A DNA stretch of 64,000 bases, taken from an uncultured Planctomycetota bacterium (lineage in GTDB: Bacteria > Planctomycetota > PLA2 > JAEUHO01). Every line of letters begins with the position of its first letter. The stretch's first letter is position 1. The position numbers were made by a program, and so were the translations under genes. Shown here piece after piece: positions 37,115-47,184 of this stretch. Below the pieces are notes generated by a model. That model did not search any database and had not been told where the DNA came from. It saw only the letters and a program-made list of their open reading frames with translations. The stretch covers positions 544,001 to 608,000 of the forward strand of contig CAVVXN010000001.1 of assembly GCA_963752285.1 (NCBI GenBank), read 5' to 3'.

Positions 37115-38647
37115 ATGCGAGGGTGGTCTGGGCTCTTCCTCCGCGTCTTCCTCGCACTCGGCAGCCTCGCGGGGGTCGGCTGCGGGACGGGCTCGGGCCC
37201 TCCGACCGAGGCCCCGGCTCCGCTGGGCGAGACGTGGCAGGCGGCGGCCGCCCGCCTCCTCCACGGCAGCGCCGGCACGCTCGAGGTCTCCCTGCCCCGC
37301 CGCGGGGGCACGACGGCCTCCCTCGAGGTGGGCCCCTTCCACGATCCGCCGCGTCGCGCGCCCCTGACGCTCCGATTCGAGCCGCGGGTGGAGGACGGGG
37401 CGTGGCGCCTCGACGTCCGCGCGATGGGGAGCGCATGGCGGGCGGTCGTGGGCTGCGAGGGCGAAGACCACTGGTCGTGGCCGTGGGAGGGGGAGGAGCC
37501 TCCTGTCGAGGCGAGCGACGTCCTTTACCGCGCGGCGCAGGCGGTCGGCGGCGATCCCACGAAGATGGCGGTCGTGGTGGCGGCCGAGACCGTTCCCGCC
37601 GAACGCGTGCTGCGACTGCTCCAAACGCTCGCCGACGGGGGCGTCGTGGCGGTCCTGCGGGACGGAGTCGGACGGGGACGCCCGTTCGCGGTCGAGCCCG
37701 CGCTGGCCTACCTCGCGGAGCACCAACGCGCCGACGGCGCGTGGGACGCGGCGTCCGGCGACGCGCCCTGTGCTTCGACGCTCGTCCCGGGCGGGATCCC
37801 CTCACCGGGCGAGGGCCGCGCGCTCACCGCAACGACGAGCGTCGCCCTCCTCGCCTTCCTCGGCGCCGGGTACACGAATCGCGGCCGTCACCCCTTTGCG
37901 AGCGTGGTCGCCAAGGGCCTCCGATTCCTGAAGGGCCGCCAGGCGCCCGACGGCACGTTCGACCCGCGGGGCACCGCGCGCCGGCTCCGGGGGCACGCGC
38001 TCGCGACGTGGACGTGGAGCGAGGTCTACGGCAGGACCGAGAGTCCGCTCTGGAAGGGCCCGGCCCGCTCCGCGCTCACCGCGCTCGAGGCGCTCTGGCA
38101 CGACGAGCCGGGGGAGCGGGACGACGCCTGCCTCGTCGCGTTGGCCCTCGCGTCCGCGCGTTCGATCGAGCAGGACTACGTCGCGCGGGGCCGGACGCCC
38201 GCTTGGCGCGTGGCCGAAGACGTCGTGGACGAGGTCGAACGCGCGCTCGAGCGGCCATCGGGGAGCGAGGATTCGCGGGACCGGGTCGCGGCGCTCGCGG
38301 GGCTCCTGGCGCTCGACGACGACACGACGGACCCTCGGGCCTTGCGGATCGTGGCCAAGACGCGCTGGCCCGACCTTCAGCGTGAGAACCCCGATCCCTT
38401 CCAGGCAATGCTCTGGACGCTCTGTGCCTCGCGTGCGGGCCACGCGATCGAGACGGCCTGGTACGACCAGCTCTCGAGCTCGCTCCGGCCCCGACAGCGG
38501 GGGGGCGAGCCGTGTTGCACGGGGGGATCGTGGGACCCCGATCCGGCGTGGCGCCTCGACGGCGGCCGCGTCGAGGCGACGGCGTGGCTCGCGATGACCC
38601 TCCAGCTCCGCTACGGCTACGGCGCGTGCCGCGTGGGCCATCCGTGA
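37115..38647 (+). CDS. Lipoprotein with prenyltransferase/squalene-oxidase repeat (alpha-alpha barrel) domain
   Basis: Lipobox GVGC; ALAYLAEHQRADGAW, ALLAFLGAG, KGLRFL..Q..DG, GSWDP...GGRV..TA. Alternative start at 37064. Confidence 0.75.
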   Translation: MRGWSGLFLRVFLALGSLAGVGCGTGSGPPTEAPAPLGETWQAAAARLLHGSAGTLEVSLPRRGGTTASLEVGPFHDPPRRAPLTLRFEPRVEDGAWRLDVRAMGSAWRAVVGCEGEDHWSWPWEGEEPPVEASDVLYRAAQAVGGDPTKMAVVVAAETVPAERVLRLLQTLADGGVVAVLRDGVGRGRPFAVEPALAYLAEHQRADGAWDAASGDAPCASTLVPGGIPSPGEGRALTATTSVALLAFLGAGYTNRGRHPFASVVAKGLRFLKGRQAPDGTFDPRGTARRLRGHALATWTWSEVYGRTESPLWKGPARSALTALEALWHDEPGERDDACLVALALASARSIEQDYVARGRTPAWRVAEDVVDEVERALERPSGSEDSRDRVAALAGLLALDDDTTDPRALRIVAKTRWPDLQRENPDPFQAMLWTLCASRAGHAIETAWYDQLSSSLRPRQRGGEPCCTGGSWDPDPAWRLDGGRVEATAWLAMTLQLRYGYGACRVGHP

Positions 38648-38651
38648 CCTC

Positions 38652-40937
38652 TCAGGGCCGCGGTGTCAGGTGCGCGGTCCACGTCCGCGCCTCGCCGTCC
38701 TGGAGCGTGAACCCGAGGCGGCGCGGGACGTGGCCCTCGGCTTCCACGACGACCTCGTGGGGACCGGCCGCGAGGCGGCGCAGCGTGAGCTCGCCCTCGC
38801 GCGCGTCGTAGCTCCGGCCGTCGAGATGGACCTGGAACGCGCCGACCGCGCCGCTCGGGTCCGCGCACGAGACGCGTAGGCTTCCCGCGGGCGCGACGAC
38901 CCTCCACGGGCCCGGACCCCGGAGCACGTCCCGGTAGGGGAGCACGACGGTCCCTTCCCCGCCGACACCGCTCACGTGCACCGTCGCGCCCTCGACGACG
39001 AGCCCCGGCGCGCTCCAGTCATCCCGGTAGACGCCGGGCGGGTCGCCCGCGCGCGGCGTCATCGTCTCGCACCGGCTGCCCGCGATCACCTCGACCTCCG
39101 CTTCGACTTCGAGCGGATGCCCCGCCTCGTCGAGCAGGGTCAGCGCGGGGCCTCGCCGCGGGACGGGCACGTCGCCGAGGTCGAGCGCGTCGAGACCCGA
39201 CGCGATCGCGCGGTCGAGGAGGAGGAGCGGCTGGAGACGCGCGTCCGCGGGCCAGGCCACGAGCAGGACGCGCGCGCCGGGAAGGACGTGCCCCCGCGCC
39301 GGCGTCTCGGCGGGAACGGGCGGCGGTTCGAGGTCGTCTCCGTATTCGAGGATCCAGCCCGGCGTCGGCGGCCCCGACGGGTCGAGCAGGCGAGCGGTCA
39401 CCGCGACCGGGGTCTCGCTCGGCAGCCGGAGCGGCCGCGCCGTGCGGCCCGGGACGAGGCTCGCGGGGTCGATCGGGAGGAAGCGGGTACGGCCCTCCCA
39501 CTCGATCCGCAGCGAGTACGCACGGCCCGGAAGGAGGAGGACGCGGTCCGGTACCGGGTGGCCCTCGTCGCCGAGGGGCGCCTCGTCGATCCCGTCGCTC
39601 ACGAGCGTGACGGCCGTGATCTCGTCGGCCGTCTTGTCGGGCGGCGTCTCGATCCGCACCGCCGCCGGATCGGGCAACGCGAGGTCCACGGTCGCCTCCG
39701 AGGCGGACGAGAGGTCGGCGCGCGCGCCCGCCCGGGAGACGACGTGCCCCGCGTGGAGGGCGATCGCCTGGATGTCGTAGAGGCCGGCCGGGAGATCGAA
39801 CCGTGCGACGCCGTCCGCGTCCGGATCCGTCTCCGCCACGACGCCGTCCGCGACGGACGAGGCGAGGACCACGCGGGAGACCTCCTGGTCGTCCGTCCAC
39901 TTCGGGCCCTCGACCACGACCTCGAGGTGGCGGTCTCCGGTGAGCACGTCCTCGCCCTCGTGCCCTTGGGCGGGAAGGCGGACGGTCGCCTCGCGGCCCG
40001 CGAACGGCACGCCGAAGAGCGCGCGCGGCGCGGGCGTGTTCGGCCCGACGGGATACCACCGGTCCGCGACGATCAGGGTGTAGCCGGGCGTCGGCGGGAA
40101 GCCCGCGACCTCGAACCGGCCGTCCGCGTCCGTGTGCGTCCACGGGCCGCGCTGCCACTCCGCGCTCCCGACGGTGAGCCCCGCCGCCGGCGTGCCGTCG
40201 GGTGCGAGGACCCTCCCTCGGATCGCGGGCGAGCCCCACCCGAGACGGGCCACCTTCTCGCGCGCCCACGGCCGCCACGCCTCGGCGTCGAGGTACCGCG
40301 AGGCGAAGCCCTCCTTCACGACCCACGCGCGTCCCTCGCTCTGCGCGGGCAGCCCGACGAGCCGCGCCCGCCCGTGAACGTCGGTCACGACGTCGAGGAC
40401 GTCGGGCGTGTGACCGCAGCCGAGGAACCAGCCGACTCGGGCGCCCACGACGGGCCGGTCGAGCGGGTCGTGGAGCGTCAGGCGAAGCTCGGAGGCGGGG
40501 TAGATCTCCCAGTCGGCGTCGGGGAAGAACTCGTTCATCTCCGCGTCGGGGCCGTATCCCTCCGCCCCGACGTAGGCCCACGTGGGGTCGCCGAGCCGCG
40601 CCGTCACGTCCGGGTCGAGGTCCCCGCGGTCGATCCGGACCCACCCGGCCGCGTCGGCGTGGCCCACGGCGGCGGGATGCGGGGGTCCGGGCTCCGGATG
40701 CGGGTCCTCCGGGAGCAGAGCGACGGTCGCACCGGGGACGGGCGCGCCCGTCCGCCGGTCCACGATCCGGCGGAGGAACACGGTGTCGTCGTCCCGGTGC
40801 CACGGGAGCGGCGCGAGGACGTCCTCGCCCCCGCCCTCGTCCGCCGTGCTGCGAACGGGCGGCGCGAGGGCCACCAGCGCCGCGAGCGTGGTGGCGACGA
40901 CCCACGGCGGGACCGGATGGGGGCGGGGTGCGCGCAT
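38652..40937 (-). CDS. Secreted carboxypeptidase-regulatory-like (beta-sandwich) repeat protein
   Basis: Signal peptide; repeated G.V....G.PV.GA.V and TDADGRF motifs. Confidence 0.7.
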   Translation of the reverse strand: MRAPRPHPVPPWVVATTLAALVALAPPVRSTADEGGGEDVLAPLPWHRDDDTVFLRRIVDRRTGAPVPGATVALLPEDPHPEPGPPHPAAVGHADAAGWVRIDRGDLDPDVTARLGDPTWAYVGAEGYGPDAEMNEFFPDADWEIYPASELRLTLHDPLDRPVVGARVGWFLGCGHTPDVLDVVTDVHGRARLVGLPAQSEGRAWVVKEGFASRYLDAEAWRPWAREKVARLGWGSPAIRGRVLAPDGTPAAGLTVGSAEWQRGPWTHTDADGRFEVAGFPPTPGYTLIVADRWYPVGPNTPAPRALFGVPFAGREATVRLPAQGHEGEDVLTGDRHLEVVVEGPKWTDDQEVSRVVLASSVADGVVAETDPDADGVARFDLPAGLYDIQAIALHAGHVVSRAGARADLSSASEATVDLALPDPAAVRIETPPDKTADEITAVTLVSDGIDEAPLGDEGHPVPDRVLLLPGRAYSLRIEWEGRTRFLPIDPASLVPGRTARPLRLPSETPVAVTARLLDPSGPPTPGWILEYGDDLEPPPVPAETPARGHVLPGARVLLVAWPADARLQPLLLLDRAIASGLDALDLGDVPVPRRGPALTLLDEAGHPLEVEAEVEVIAGSRCETMTPRAGDPPGVYRDDWSAPGLVVEGATVHVSGVGGEGTVVLPYRDVLRGPGPWRVVAPAGSLRVSCADPSGAVGAFQVHLDGRSYDAREGELTLRRLAAGPHEVVVEAEGHVPRRLGFTLQDGEARTWTAHLTPRP

Positions 40938-41078
40938 GGGGCTTGGAACGTCCCGCGTCCTCGCGTGGAACGCCGGCGCGCCCACTGCGTCTCTTGTCTC
41001 GAGCCGCGCGCGGCCGACGTGCGGCGACAGCGTGCCGCAGAGGGCGGCGCAAATCGAGCGAGGGCGCGAGGAGGGACG

Positions 41079-43064
41079 ATGGGAAGGTCGAGAGCGGGGG
41101 CGGGGTTCGCGGCGGTGGTGTTGGCGGTGCTCGTGTCCCTCGGCGGGTCCCCGCCGAGGACCGCGCGGGCCGACGAGCCCGTGTCGCTCGTGGACTGGCT
41201 CAAGGGCCACGGCCGCGACGCGAGCTTCGAGGCGCGGCGCGCGATCTTCCGGCGCCTCTTCCCGGGCGAGCCGTACACGGGCTCGGCCGAGGAGAACGTG
41301 AAGCTCCTGGAGGCGCTCCGGCGCGAGGAGGGGGGCATGGCCGACGGCAGCGCGGACACCGGCTCCCCGCCGATGATCGTTCGCCGGAGGTCCGGGAACG
41401 TCGAGTACGAGGTGGACCTCGCGCGCCAGGTCCTGGAGCTCGAGCTCCGGGAGGACCGGCGCACGGAGTGGCGGGACTGGGGGGCGCCGCCCCAGCCCGA
41501 CCGCGTCGAGGAGCCGCCGGTAGAGCCGAGGCTCGACGTCGCGAGCGCAACACGCTTCGTCTCCGCGTCGGTGCTGGCCCAGAAGGCGAAGGTCTTCGAC
41601 GACGGCCTCTACGCGGCGGTGGAGATGCTGGCGGAGGACGCGCTCGGGACACACCCGGGGAAGCGCGCGCTCCTCCTGCGGCTCCGGACGCTCCTCGACC
41701 AGGCCGGCGCGACGGGCGCGGGCGCCGCGGTCTCCGTGGCGGCGGCGGACCTGGGCGGCGTGGACGGGCCGACGCCGGCAGGCCTCCGGGCGGAGGTGGA
41801 GAATCGGAGGCGGGAATTCGACGCCGACCCGCTCCTCTCCAAGCCGCTCGGCTTCTACACCTGGAGCGACGCGCTCCGCCGCGTGTTCCGCCAGGACCGG
41901 ATGCTCCAGACGGAGCTTTGCGCGCCGGACGTGGAGGAGGTCGTCCAGGCCCTCGCGAGGGACCCGGAAGCCGCGGCCTCCTACACCGCGATGCTCGAGC
42001 TGTACGAGCGACTCACGAACCCGTACGCCTCGGTGGACCTGCGGTCGCTCCTCGGAGGGGAGGCGACTCCTCGCGGGGAGGCGGTCCGGATCCTTCCGGC
42101 GTCGCGTGCGTACGAGACGGACCTCGTGAAGCGGTTCTGGGGGGACCGTCCCGTGCCCGAGGGCGCCTCGGCCATCGACCTCCTGGTCCGCGAGGTGACC
42201 TCGGGCCGTCTCTCGCTGCGACCGAACGAAGGGTCGGGCTGGTACGACCGCCAGACCTGGGCGCTCGAGCCCCTGATCCGTCCCGACGAGACCCCGGAGG
42301 CGAAGAAGCTCCGTCTCGGCCCCCGCTATCGCGCGTACCTCGTCGAGCTCTTTAAGGGGCTCCTCGCGCTCACGCGCGAAACGCACGTGAAGCAGCTCGA
42401 GATCCCGCCGGCCGGCGCCGCCGCGCCGCCCCGAGAGCCGCTCTTCGTGCGTCCCGAGCTCTCCGTCGAGCCGCTCGCCACCCACTACCGGCGCCGCGCG
42501 GCGTCCTACGCCTACGTGCGCGGCGTGCTCGTCGGCGCGTTCGGCGAGGCGCGCCTCACGGGCGCCCATCGCCTCACGGCCGAGGGGCCGGTGGCGGAGC
42601 CGCTCCTCGCGGAGCTCGACCGGATGCAGAAGCTGTTCCGGGGCGCGGCACAGACGGCGTTCCAGGAGGTCGGCTCGAGCGAGGCGTCCCCCACGCCGGA
42701 GGCCGCCGCGGACCGCCAGGCCTTCTCGACGTGGGCCCAGGCCCTCGCCTCCGATCCCGATCTCGGACGCGACGCCCGGATGATGGTCCCGGTCTTCTAC
42801 GACGTTCCGAGGCACGAGACGAAGGTGTGGGTGTTCCTCGGGTGGACGGAGCAGGCGCTCGAGGTCCAGTTCGTCGCGCGTCCCGTCGTCACGATCCCGG
42901 GCGCGTCGGGCGACCGGCCGATCGAGTTCTACGGCACCACGTACTCCGTCTGCTCGCCGGTCGTCGCCGAGGTCTACGTGACCGAGCTCCTCGACCGAAC
43001 CCAGATGCGGGCCCTCTGCGACCAGTACAAGACCCGCTCGGCGATCCTCGCACACCTGCGGTAG
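41079..43064 (+). CDS. Secreted protein with N-terminal DUF3597-like domain and DUF3160-like body
   Basis: GAGGAGG RBS; signal peptide; SLVDWLK..G.DASF..R....YTGSAEENVKLL; GFYTWS, RETHVKQ, VEP. Confidence 0.6.
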   Translation: MGRSRAGAGFAAVVLAVLVSLGGSPPRTARADEPVSLVDWLKGHGRDASFEARRAIFRRLFPGEPYTGSAEENVKLLEALRREEGGMADGSADTGSPPMIVRRRSGNVEYEVDLARQVLELELREDRRTEWRDWGAPPQPDRVEEPPVEPRLDVASATRFVSASVLAQKAKVFDDGLYAAVEMLAEDALGTHPGKRALLLRLRTLLDQAGATGAGAAVSVAAADLGGVDGPTPAGLRAEVENRRREFDADPLLSKPLGFYTWSDALRRVFRQDRMLQTELCAPDVEEVVQALARDPEAAASYTAMLELYERLTNPYASVDLRSLLGGEATPRGEAVRILPASRAYETDLVKRFWGDRPVPEGASAIDLLVREVTSGRLSLRPNEGSGWYDRQTWALEPLIRPDETPEAKKLRLGPRYRAYLVELFKGLLALTRETHVKQLEIPPAGAAAPPREPLFVRPELSVEPLATHYRRRAASYAYVRGVLVGAFGEARLTGAHRLTAEGPVAEPLLAELDRMQKLFRGAAQTAFQEVGSSEASPTPEAAADRQAFSTWAQALASDPDLGRDARMMVPVFYDVPRHETKVWVFLGWTEQALEVQFVARPVVTIPGASGDRPIEFYGTTYSVCSPVVAEVYVTELLDRTQMRALCDQYKTRSAILAHLR

Positions 43065-43096
43065 GGGGGCGGCTCGTCGCCCCGCACGCGGCAGCG

Positions 43097-43960
43097 CTAC
43101 GACGAGGCGAGTCGGTAGAAGAGCTGTCGCTTCGTCTCCCGGCAGCCGTTACGGGAGAACACGCGGCGCATCGGCTCGTTTCGGACGTCGGTCGACCCCA
43201 CGTACGACCTCGCGCGCCCCGAGAGGCAGGCGAGGCCGAACGCGTGGAGCGTGGCGCCGTAGCCCCGGCCCCGGTGCGCCGGCAGCACGCCAATGTAGAA
43301 GATCGTCCCGCGGGGATCGTCGGGGTAGGGCTGCGGCAGGACGACGCCGACCGGCGCCCCGCCGTCGAGCGCCGTGTACCACCCGCCGGCGCTCCACGCC
43401 GTGCCTGCGTCCCGGACGAGCTCGGCGTACTGCTCCTCGCGAGGGCTCGCGTCACGGTCCTCGAACGGGTCTCCCGCCGTGCACGCGTAGAGGAGGTCGA
43501 TGAACCCCTTCTCTCCGTAGGCCTCGAGCGGAACGAACGAGAGCGAGGTCTTTGGCCGTTGCACGTCGTCCAGGGCCCGCTCGACGAACACCTTCTCGCG
43601 GTGGAGCACGAACCCGGCGGCCTCGATCGCGCTCCGGAGGCGCGCGCCGCTCCCCTCGCTCCACAGGAGGAGGTCGCCCCCGACGGTCTCGGCGAGGCGC
43701 GCGGCGAGCGGGTGCCGGGCGCGGTCGTCCCGCTCGACGTAGCTCCGCAGCACGTCGAGACGCTCGTCCCGCCCGACGCGGAGCGCGGCCAGCGGGACGG
43801 AGCCCGCCACGACGACGAGGTAGCTCGAACCGTGGGGTGCGCGCTCGTCCTGGTCCCGCATCCGCGTCCACGCGCCCGGGCCGGCCAGCGCGTCCCAGAG
43901 GGAGGCTCCCTCGGGCGTGACCTCCACGACCCGAGGCGCGTCGTCGCCGGCCGTCGTCAC
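43097..43960 (-). CDS. GNAT family N-acetyltransferase
   Basis: YIGVLPAHRGRGYG acetyl-CoA motif; N.PM..VF..NG. Confidence 0.85.
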   Translation of the reverse strand: MTTAGDDAPRVVEVTPEGASLWDALAGPGAWTRMRDQDERAPHGSSYLVVVAGSVPLAALRVGRDERLDVLRSYVERDDRARHPLAARLAETVGGDLLLWSEGSGARLRSAIEAAGFVLHREKVFVERALDDVQRPKTSLSFVPLEAYGEKGFIDLLYACTAGDPFEDRDASPREEQYAELVRDAGTAWSAGGWYTALDGGAPVGVVLPQPYPDDPRGTIFYIGVLPAHRGRGYGATLHAFGLACLSGRARSYVGSTDVRNEPMRRVFSRNGCRETKRQLFYRLASS

Positions 43961-45066
43961 GCGAGGTACTTGTGGAATCGGAGCGCCACCACGCCGCTCA
44001 GGACCACGCCGATCCCCACGAGCGGGAGGACGTGTGCCATCAGGTCGGTTCCGGACGCGCCGCGGAGCACGATGCCGCGGAGGATCTCGATGAAGTACGT
44101 CGCGGGGATCAGGTACGTGATCGCGCGGATGGGCGTCGGCATCGACTGGCGCGGGAACATGAAGCCCGAGAGCAGCACCGAGGGCAGGAGCACGGCGAGC
44201 GTCATCAACATCGCCTGGAGCTGGTTCCGGGCGATCGTGGAGATGACGAGCCCCAGCGCGAGGCTCGTGAACAGGAACAGGCCCGTGAACGCCGCGAGCT
44301 CGCCCACGCTCCCGGCGATCGGCACGTCGAACACGTACACCATCGCGAGGAGCACGAGAACGGTCTCGCCCGCGCCGATCAGGACGGCGGGAAGGATCTT
44401 CCCGAGCGTCAGGCCGAGACTCGAGACCGGCGTCACGAGGAGCTGCTCGAGCGTGCCCCGCTCGCGCTCCCGGACGATGGCGAAGGCCGTGAGCACCATC
44501 GTGACGAGCTGGAGGATGATGCCCGCGAGACCGGGCACGAAGAAGTGCTCGCTCCGCCCCGCGGGGTTGTAGAGCAGGCGGGGCCTCACGTCGTACGCCA
44601 TCGAGACGCCATGCGCCGCCGCGCCTTGCTCCGCGCGGTCGATCCCGAGGCCGATCACCGCGGCGCGCGCCTGGTTCGCGAGATTCGAGTCGGAGCCGTC
44701 GATCAGCACCTGCACCGGCATCGGTTGGCCCTGGAGCCGTCGTTCCTCGAGGTCGGCGGGATAGAGGACCGTGACGCGCGCGCGGCCCGCCCGCATCTCG
44801 GTGAGCGCCGCATCGCGGTCGGGCGCCTCCCCGATCACGAGGAAGGTGCCCGTCGCGCCGAGGCCCTCGGTGAACGCGCGGCTCGTGCGCGTGTGCGCGC
44901 GATCCACGACCAGCGTGGGGATGTCCCGGATCTCGGTGTCGATCGCGTACCCGAAGATCGTGAGCTGCACGACCGGGATCATGAGCGCCAACACGAGGGT
45001 CGCGGGATCGCGCCGGACGTGGCGGATCTCCTTGTACAGGACGGCGGTCAGCCCCCTACCGAGCAC
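43957..45066 (-). CDS. ABC-2 type permease (YbhS/R-like)
   Basis: KE..HVRRD, IDGSD, YNP, VRERERGTLEQLLVTP, LSGFMFP..SMP. Confidence 0.92.
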   Translation of the reverse strand: MLGRGLTAVLYKEIRHVRRDPATLVLALMIPVVQLTIFGYAIDTEIRDIPTLVVDRAHTRTSRAFTEGLGATGTFLVIGEAPDRDAALTEMRAGRARVTVLYPADLEERRLQGQPMPVQVLIDGSDSNLANQARAAVIGLGIDRAEQGAAAHGVSMAYDVRPRLLYNPAGRSEHFFVPGLAGIILQLVTMVLTAFAIVRERERGTLEQLLVTPVSSLGLTLGKILPAVLIGAGETVLVLLAMVYVFDVPIAGSVGELAAFTGLFLFTSLALGLVISTIARNQLQAMLMTLAVLLPSVLLSGFMFPRQSMPTPIRAITYLIPATYFIEILRGIVLRGASGTDLMAHVLPLVGIGVVLSGVVALRFHKYLA

Positions 45067-46003
45067 GCTGCGCCCTCCGCGTCATCGTGACGAACACGTC
45101 CTCGAGCGAGGGCGATATCTCGCGGGGCTCGATCGAGCGTCCGAGATCGTCGGGGAGCGCGTCGACGACCTGCTCGACCGGGACGCCGGGCTCCAGAAGC
45201 ACGTGGACCGACTCGCCGAAGACCGTCGCCTCGGCCACGCCCGCCACGTCCTTCACCGCGCGGAACACCTCCGTCACCTTCGGCGTGCAGAGCTCGACGC
45301 GCTTCGATCCCTCGGGCGTCACCTCCGGACGGCCCTTCAATTCGGTGGGGCTCCCGTTCACGAGGAGGTGGCTCTGGTAGATGTACGCGAGGTGGTCGCA
45401 GCGCTCGGCCTCGTCCATGTAGTGCGTCGTCACGAAGAGCGTCTTGCCGCGCGCGGCGAGCTCGAAGAGCAGGTTCCAGAGTGCGCGGCGCGCGACGGGG
45501 TCGATGCCCGCCGTCGGCTCGTCGAGGAAGAGGACGTCGGGCTCGTGGAGCAGCGCGCCCGCCAGCGCGAGGCGTTGCTTCCAGCCTCCCGAGAGCGTGC
45601 CCGCGCGGCGCCGCTCGTACTCGCCCAGTCCCGTCAGCTCGACCACCGCCGCGCGCCGCTCGGCGAGCCTCGCGCCCGACAACCCGTACGCCCGGCCGAA
45701 GAACGTGAGGTTCTCGTACGCGGTGAGGTCCTCGTAGAGGCTGAAGCGCTGCGACATGTAGCCGATGCGACGGCGAACCTGGAGCGGGTATTTCGCCACC
45801 TCCAGCCCCAGCACCGACGCGCGACCCTCGCTCGGGCGGAGCAGGCCGCAGAGCATGCGGATGATCGTGGTCTTGCCCGAGCCGTTGGGGCCGAGCAGGC
45901 CGAAGATCGCGCCGCGCCGCACGTCGAGGTCCACGTGGTCCACCGCGGTGAGCTTTCCGAAGCGCCGCGTGAGGCCCTCGGTGTGGATGGCCGGGTCGTT
46001 CAC
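45056..46003 (-). CDS. ABC transporter ATP-binding protein (YbhF-like)
   Basis: GPNGSGKT, LSGGWKQRL, LDEPTAGID, TTHYMDEAE. Confidence 0.93.
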   Translation of the reverse strand: MNDPAIHTEGLTRRFGKLTAVDHVDLDVRRGAIFGLLGPNGSGKTTIIRMLCGLLRPSEGRASVLGLEVAKYPLQVRRRIGYMSQRFSLYEDLTAYENLTFFGRAYGLSGARLAERRAAVVELTGLGEYERRRAGTLSGGWKQRLALAGALLHEPDVLFLDEPTAGIDPVARRALWNLLFELAARGKTLFVTTHYMDEAERCDHLAYIYQSHLLVNGSPTELKGRPEVTPEGSKRVELCTPKVTEVFRAVKDVAGVAEATVFGESVHVLLEPGVPVEQVVDALPDDLGRSIEPREISPSLEDVFVTMTRRAQRAR

Positions 46004-47118
46004 TCGACGTGGACGTCCGCCCACATCCCGTCCTTCAGGCGGGAGGCGTCGCCTTCGATCACGATCTTCACGGCGAACACCTGCGTGACGCGGTCTTCGC
46101 GCGTCTGGACGTTCCGGGGCGTGTACTCGGCGCGCCGGGAGACCCACACGACGTGGCCCGGCAGTGGCGGGTGTCCGTCCGGACGGATGGTCGCCCGCTG
46201 CCCGACCGTGACCTTGGCGAGGTCGGCCTCCGGCACGTAGACCACGATCCACGGCTTCTCGCGGAGCAGGAGCACCCCCACGGGCGCGCCGGCCTGGAGG
46301 AGGTCGCCCGGCCGCACGTCGAGGGTCTGCACGAACGCGTCCCTCGGCGCCTTGACCTCGAGCTCGGAGACCTTGACCTCCGCCGCGGCGATCCGGGCCT
46401 TCGCCGCGTCGAGCTGCGACCTCTTGGCGGCGATCTCCTCGGGTCTCGACCCCGCCTCGAGAGCCTTTACGCGTTCCACCTCTGCGAGCCACGCCTGGCG
46501 GGCGGCCTCCACCTCTTCGGGGCGCAGGCCCTTCTCGAGGAGCTGGACGCGCTGTTCGGCCGCGGCCTTCTTGGCGAGCGCGACGTCCCGGGCCGACACC
46601 GCGCGGTCCAGGCTCGCCTGCGGCTCGACGCGCTTCTCGACGAGCGGCTCGAGGCGATGGACCTCCTTCTCCTTCTCCTCCAGGTCGGCCTCGGCCGCGT
46701 GGACCTCCTCGCGCGCGGCCTGGACCTCCTCGGGCCGCGACCCCTGGGCGGTCACCTGCCAGAGGAGCTCCATGCGTTTCGCCTCGGCCTCAGCGCGGGC
46801 GATGTCCTCCTTCCGCGGGCCGGCCACGAGGAGCGCGAGCTCGCGCGACGTCGCCTCGGCGAGCGCCCGCGCCTCCTCGAGGGCGCTCTGCCACTCGGCG
46901 GGATCGAGCTCGAGGAGGGTCTCCCCGGCGGTCGCCGCGTCGCCCTCGTCCTTCAGGACCCTCGCGACGCGGCCGCCGACGAGCGAGCCCACCTCGACGT
47001 CGGGGAACTCGACGGTGCCCGACCAGGTGAGCGGCTCGGTCTCGCCGCCGCACCCCGCGGCGAAGAGGAAGACCGCCAGGAAGCCGAACCCCCGCCACCG
47101 ATGCCGCCCACGTCGCAT
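46000..47118 (-). CDS. HlyD family membrane fusion protein (YbhG-like lipoprotein)
   Basis: Lipobox AAGC; lipoyl halves flanking a long coiled coil; AEYTPRNVQT. Confidence 0.9.
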   Translation of the reverse strand: MRRGRHRWRGFGFLAVFLFAAGCGGETEPLTWSGTVEFPDVEVGSLVGGRVARVLKDEGDAATAGETLLELDPAEWQSALEEARALAEATSRELALLVAGPRKEDIARAEAEAKRMELLWQVTAQGSRPEEVQAAREEVHAAEADLEEKEKEVHRLEPLVEKRVEPQASLDRAVSARDVALAKKAAAEQRVQLLEKGLRPEEVEAARQAWLAEVERVKALEAGSRPEEIAAKRSQLDAAKARIAAAEVKVSELEVKAPRDAFVQTLDVRPGDLLQAGAPVGVLLLREKPWIVVYVPEADLAKVTVGQRATIRPDGHPPLPGHVVWVSRRAEYTPRNVQTREDRVTQVFAVKIVIEGDASRLKDGMWADVHVE

Positions 47119-47184
47119 GGCCGCCCAGGATAGCGGTCCGCCCGCCCCCGACCGCGCGTCCTTGGGCACGGCGCGGAGGGCGGG

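Noticed and set aside
38652..43064. 1467-aa and 1362-aa overlapping giant ORFs
   Set aside because: Each is a real gene (starting at 40937 on - and 41079 on +) extended upstream through the antisense frame of its divergent neighbour.
43097..47118. HlyD/ABC/permease/GNAT cluster as a novel system
   Set aside because: It matches the common YbhGFSR-type exporter; the GNAT coupling alone is weak evidence of novelty.
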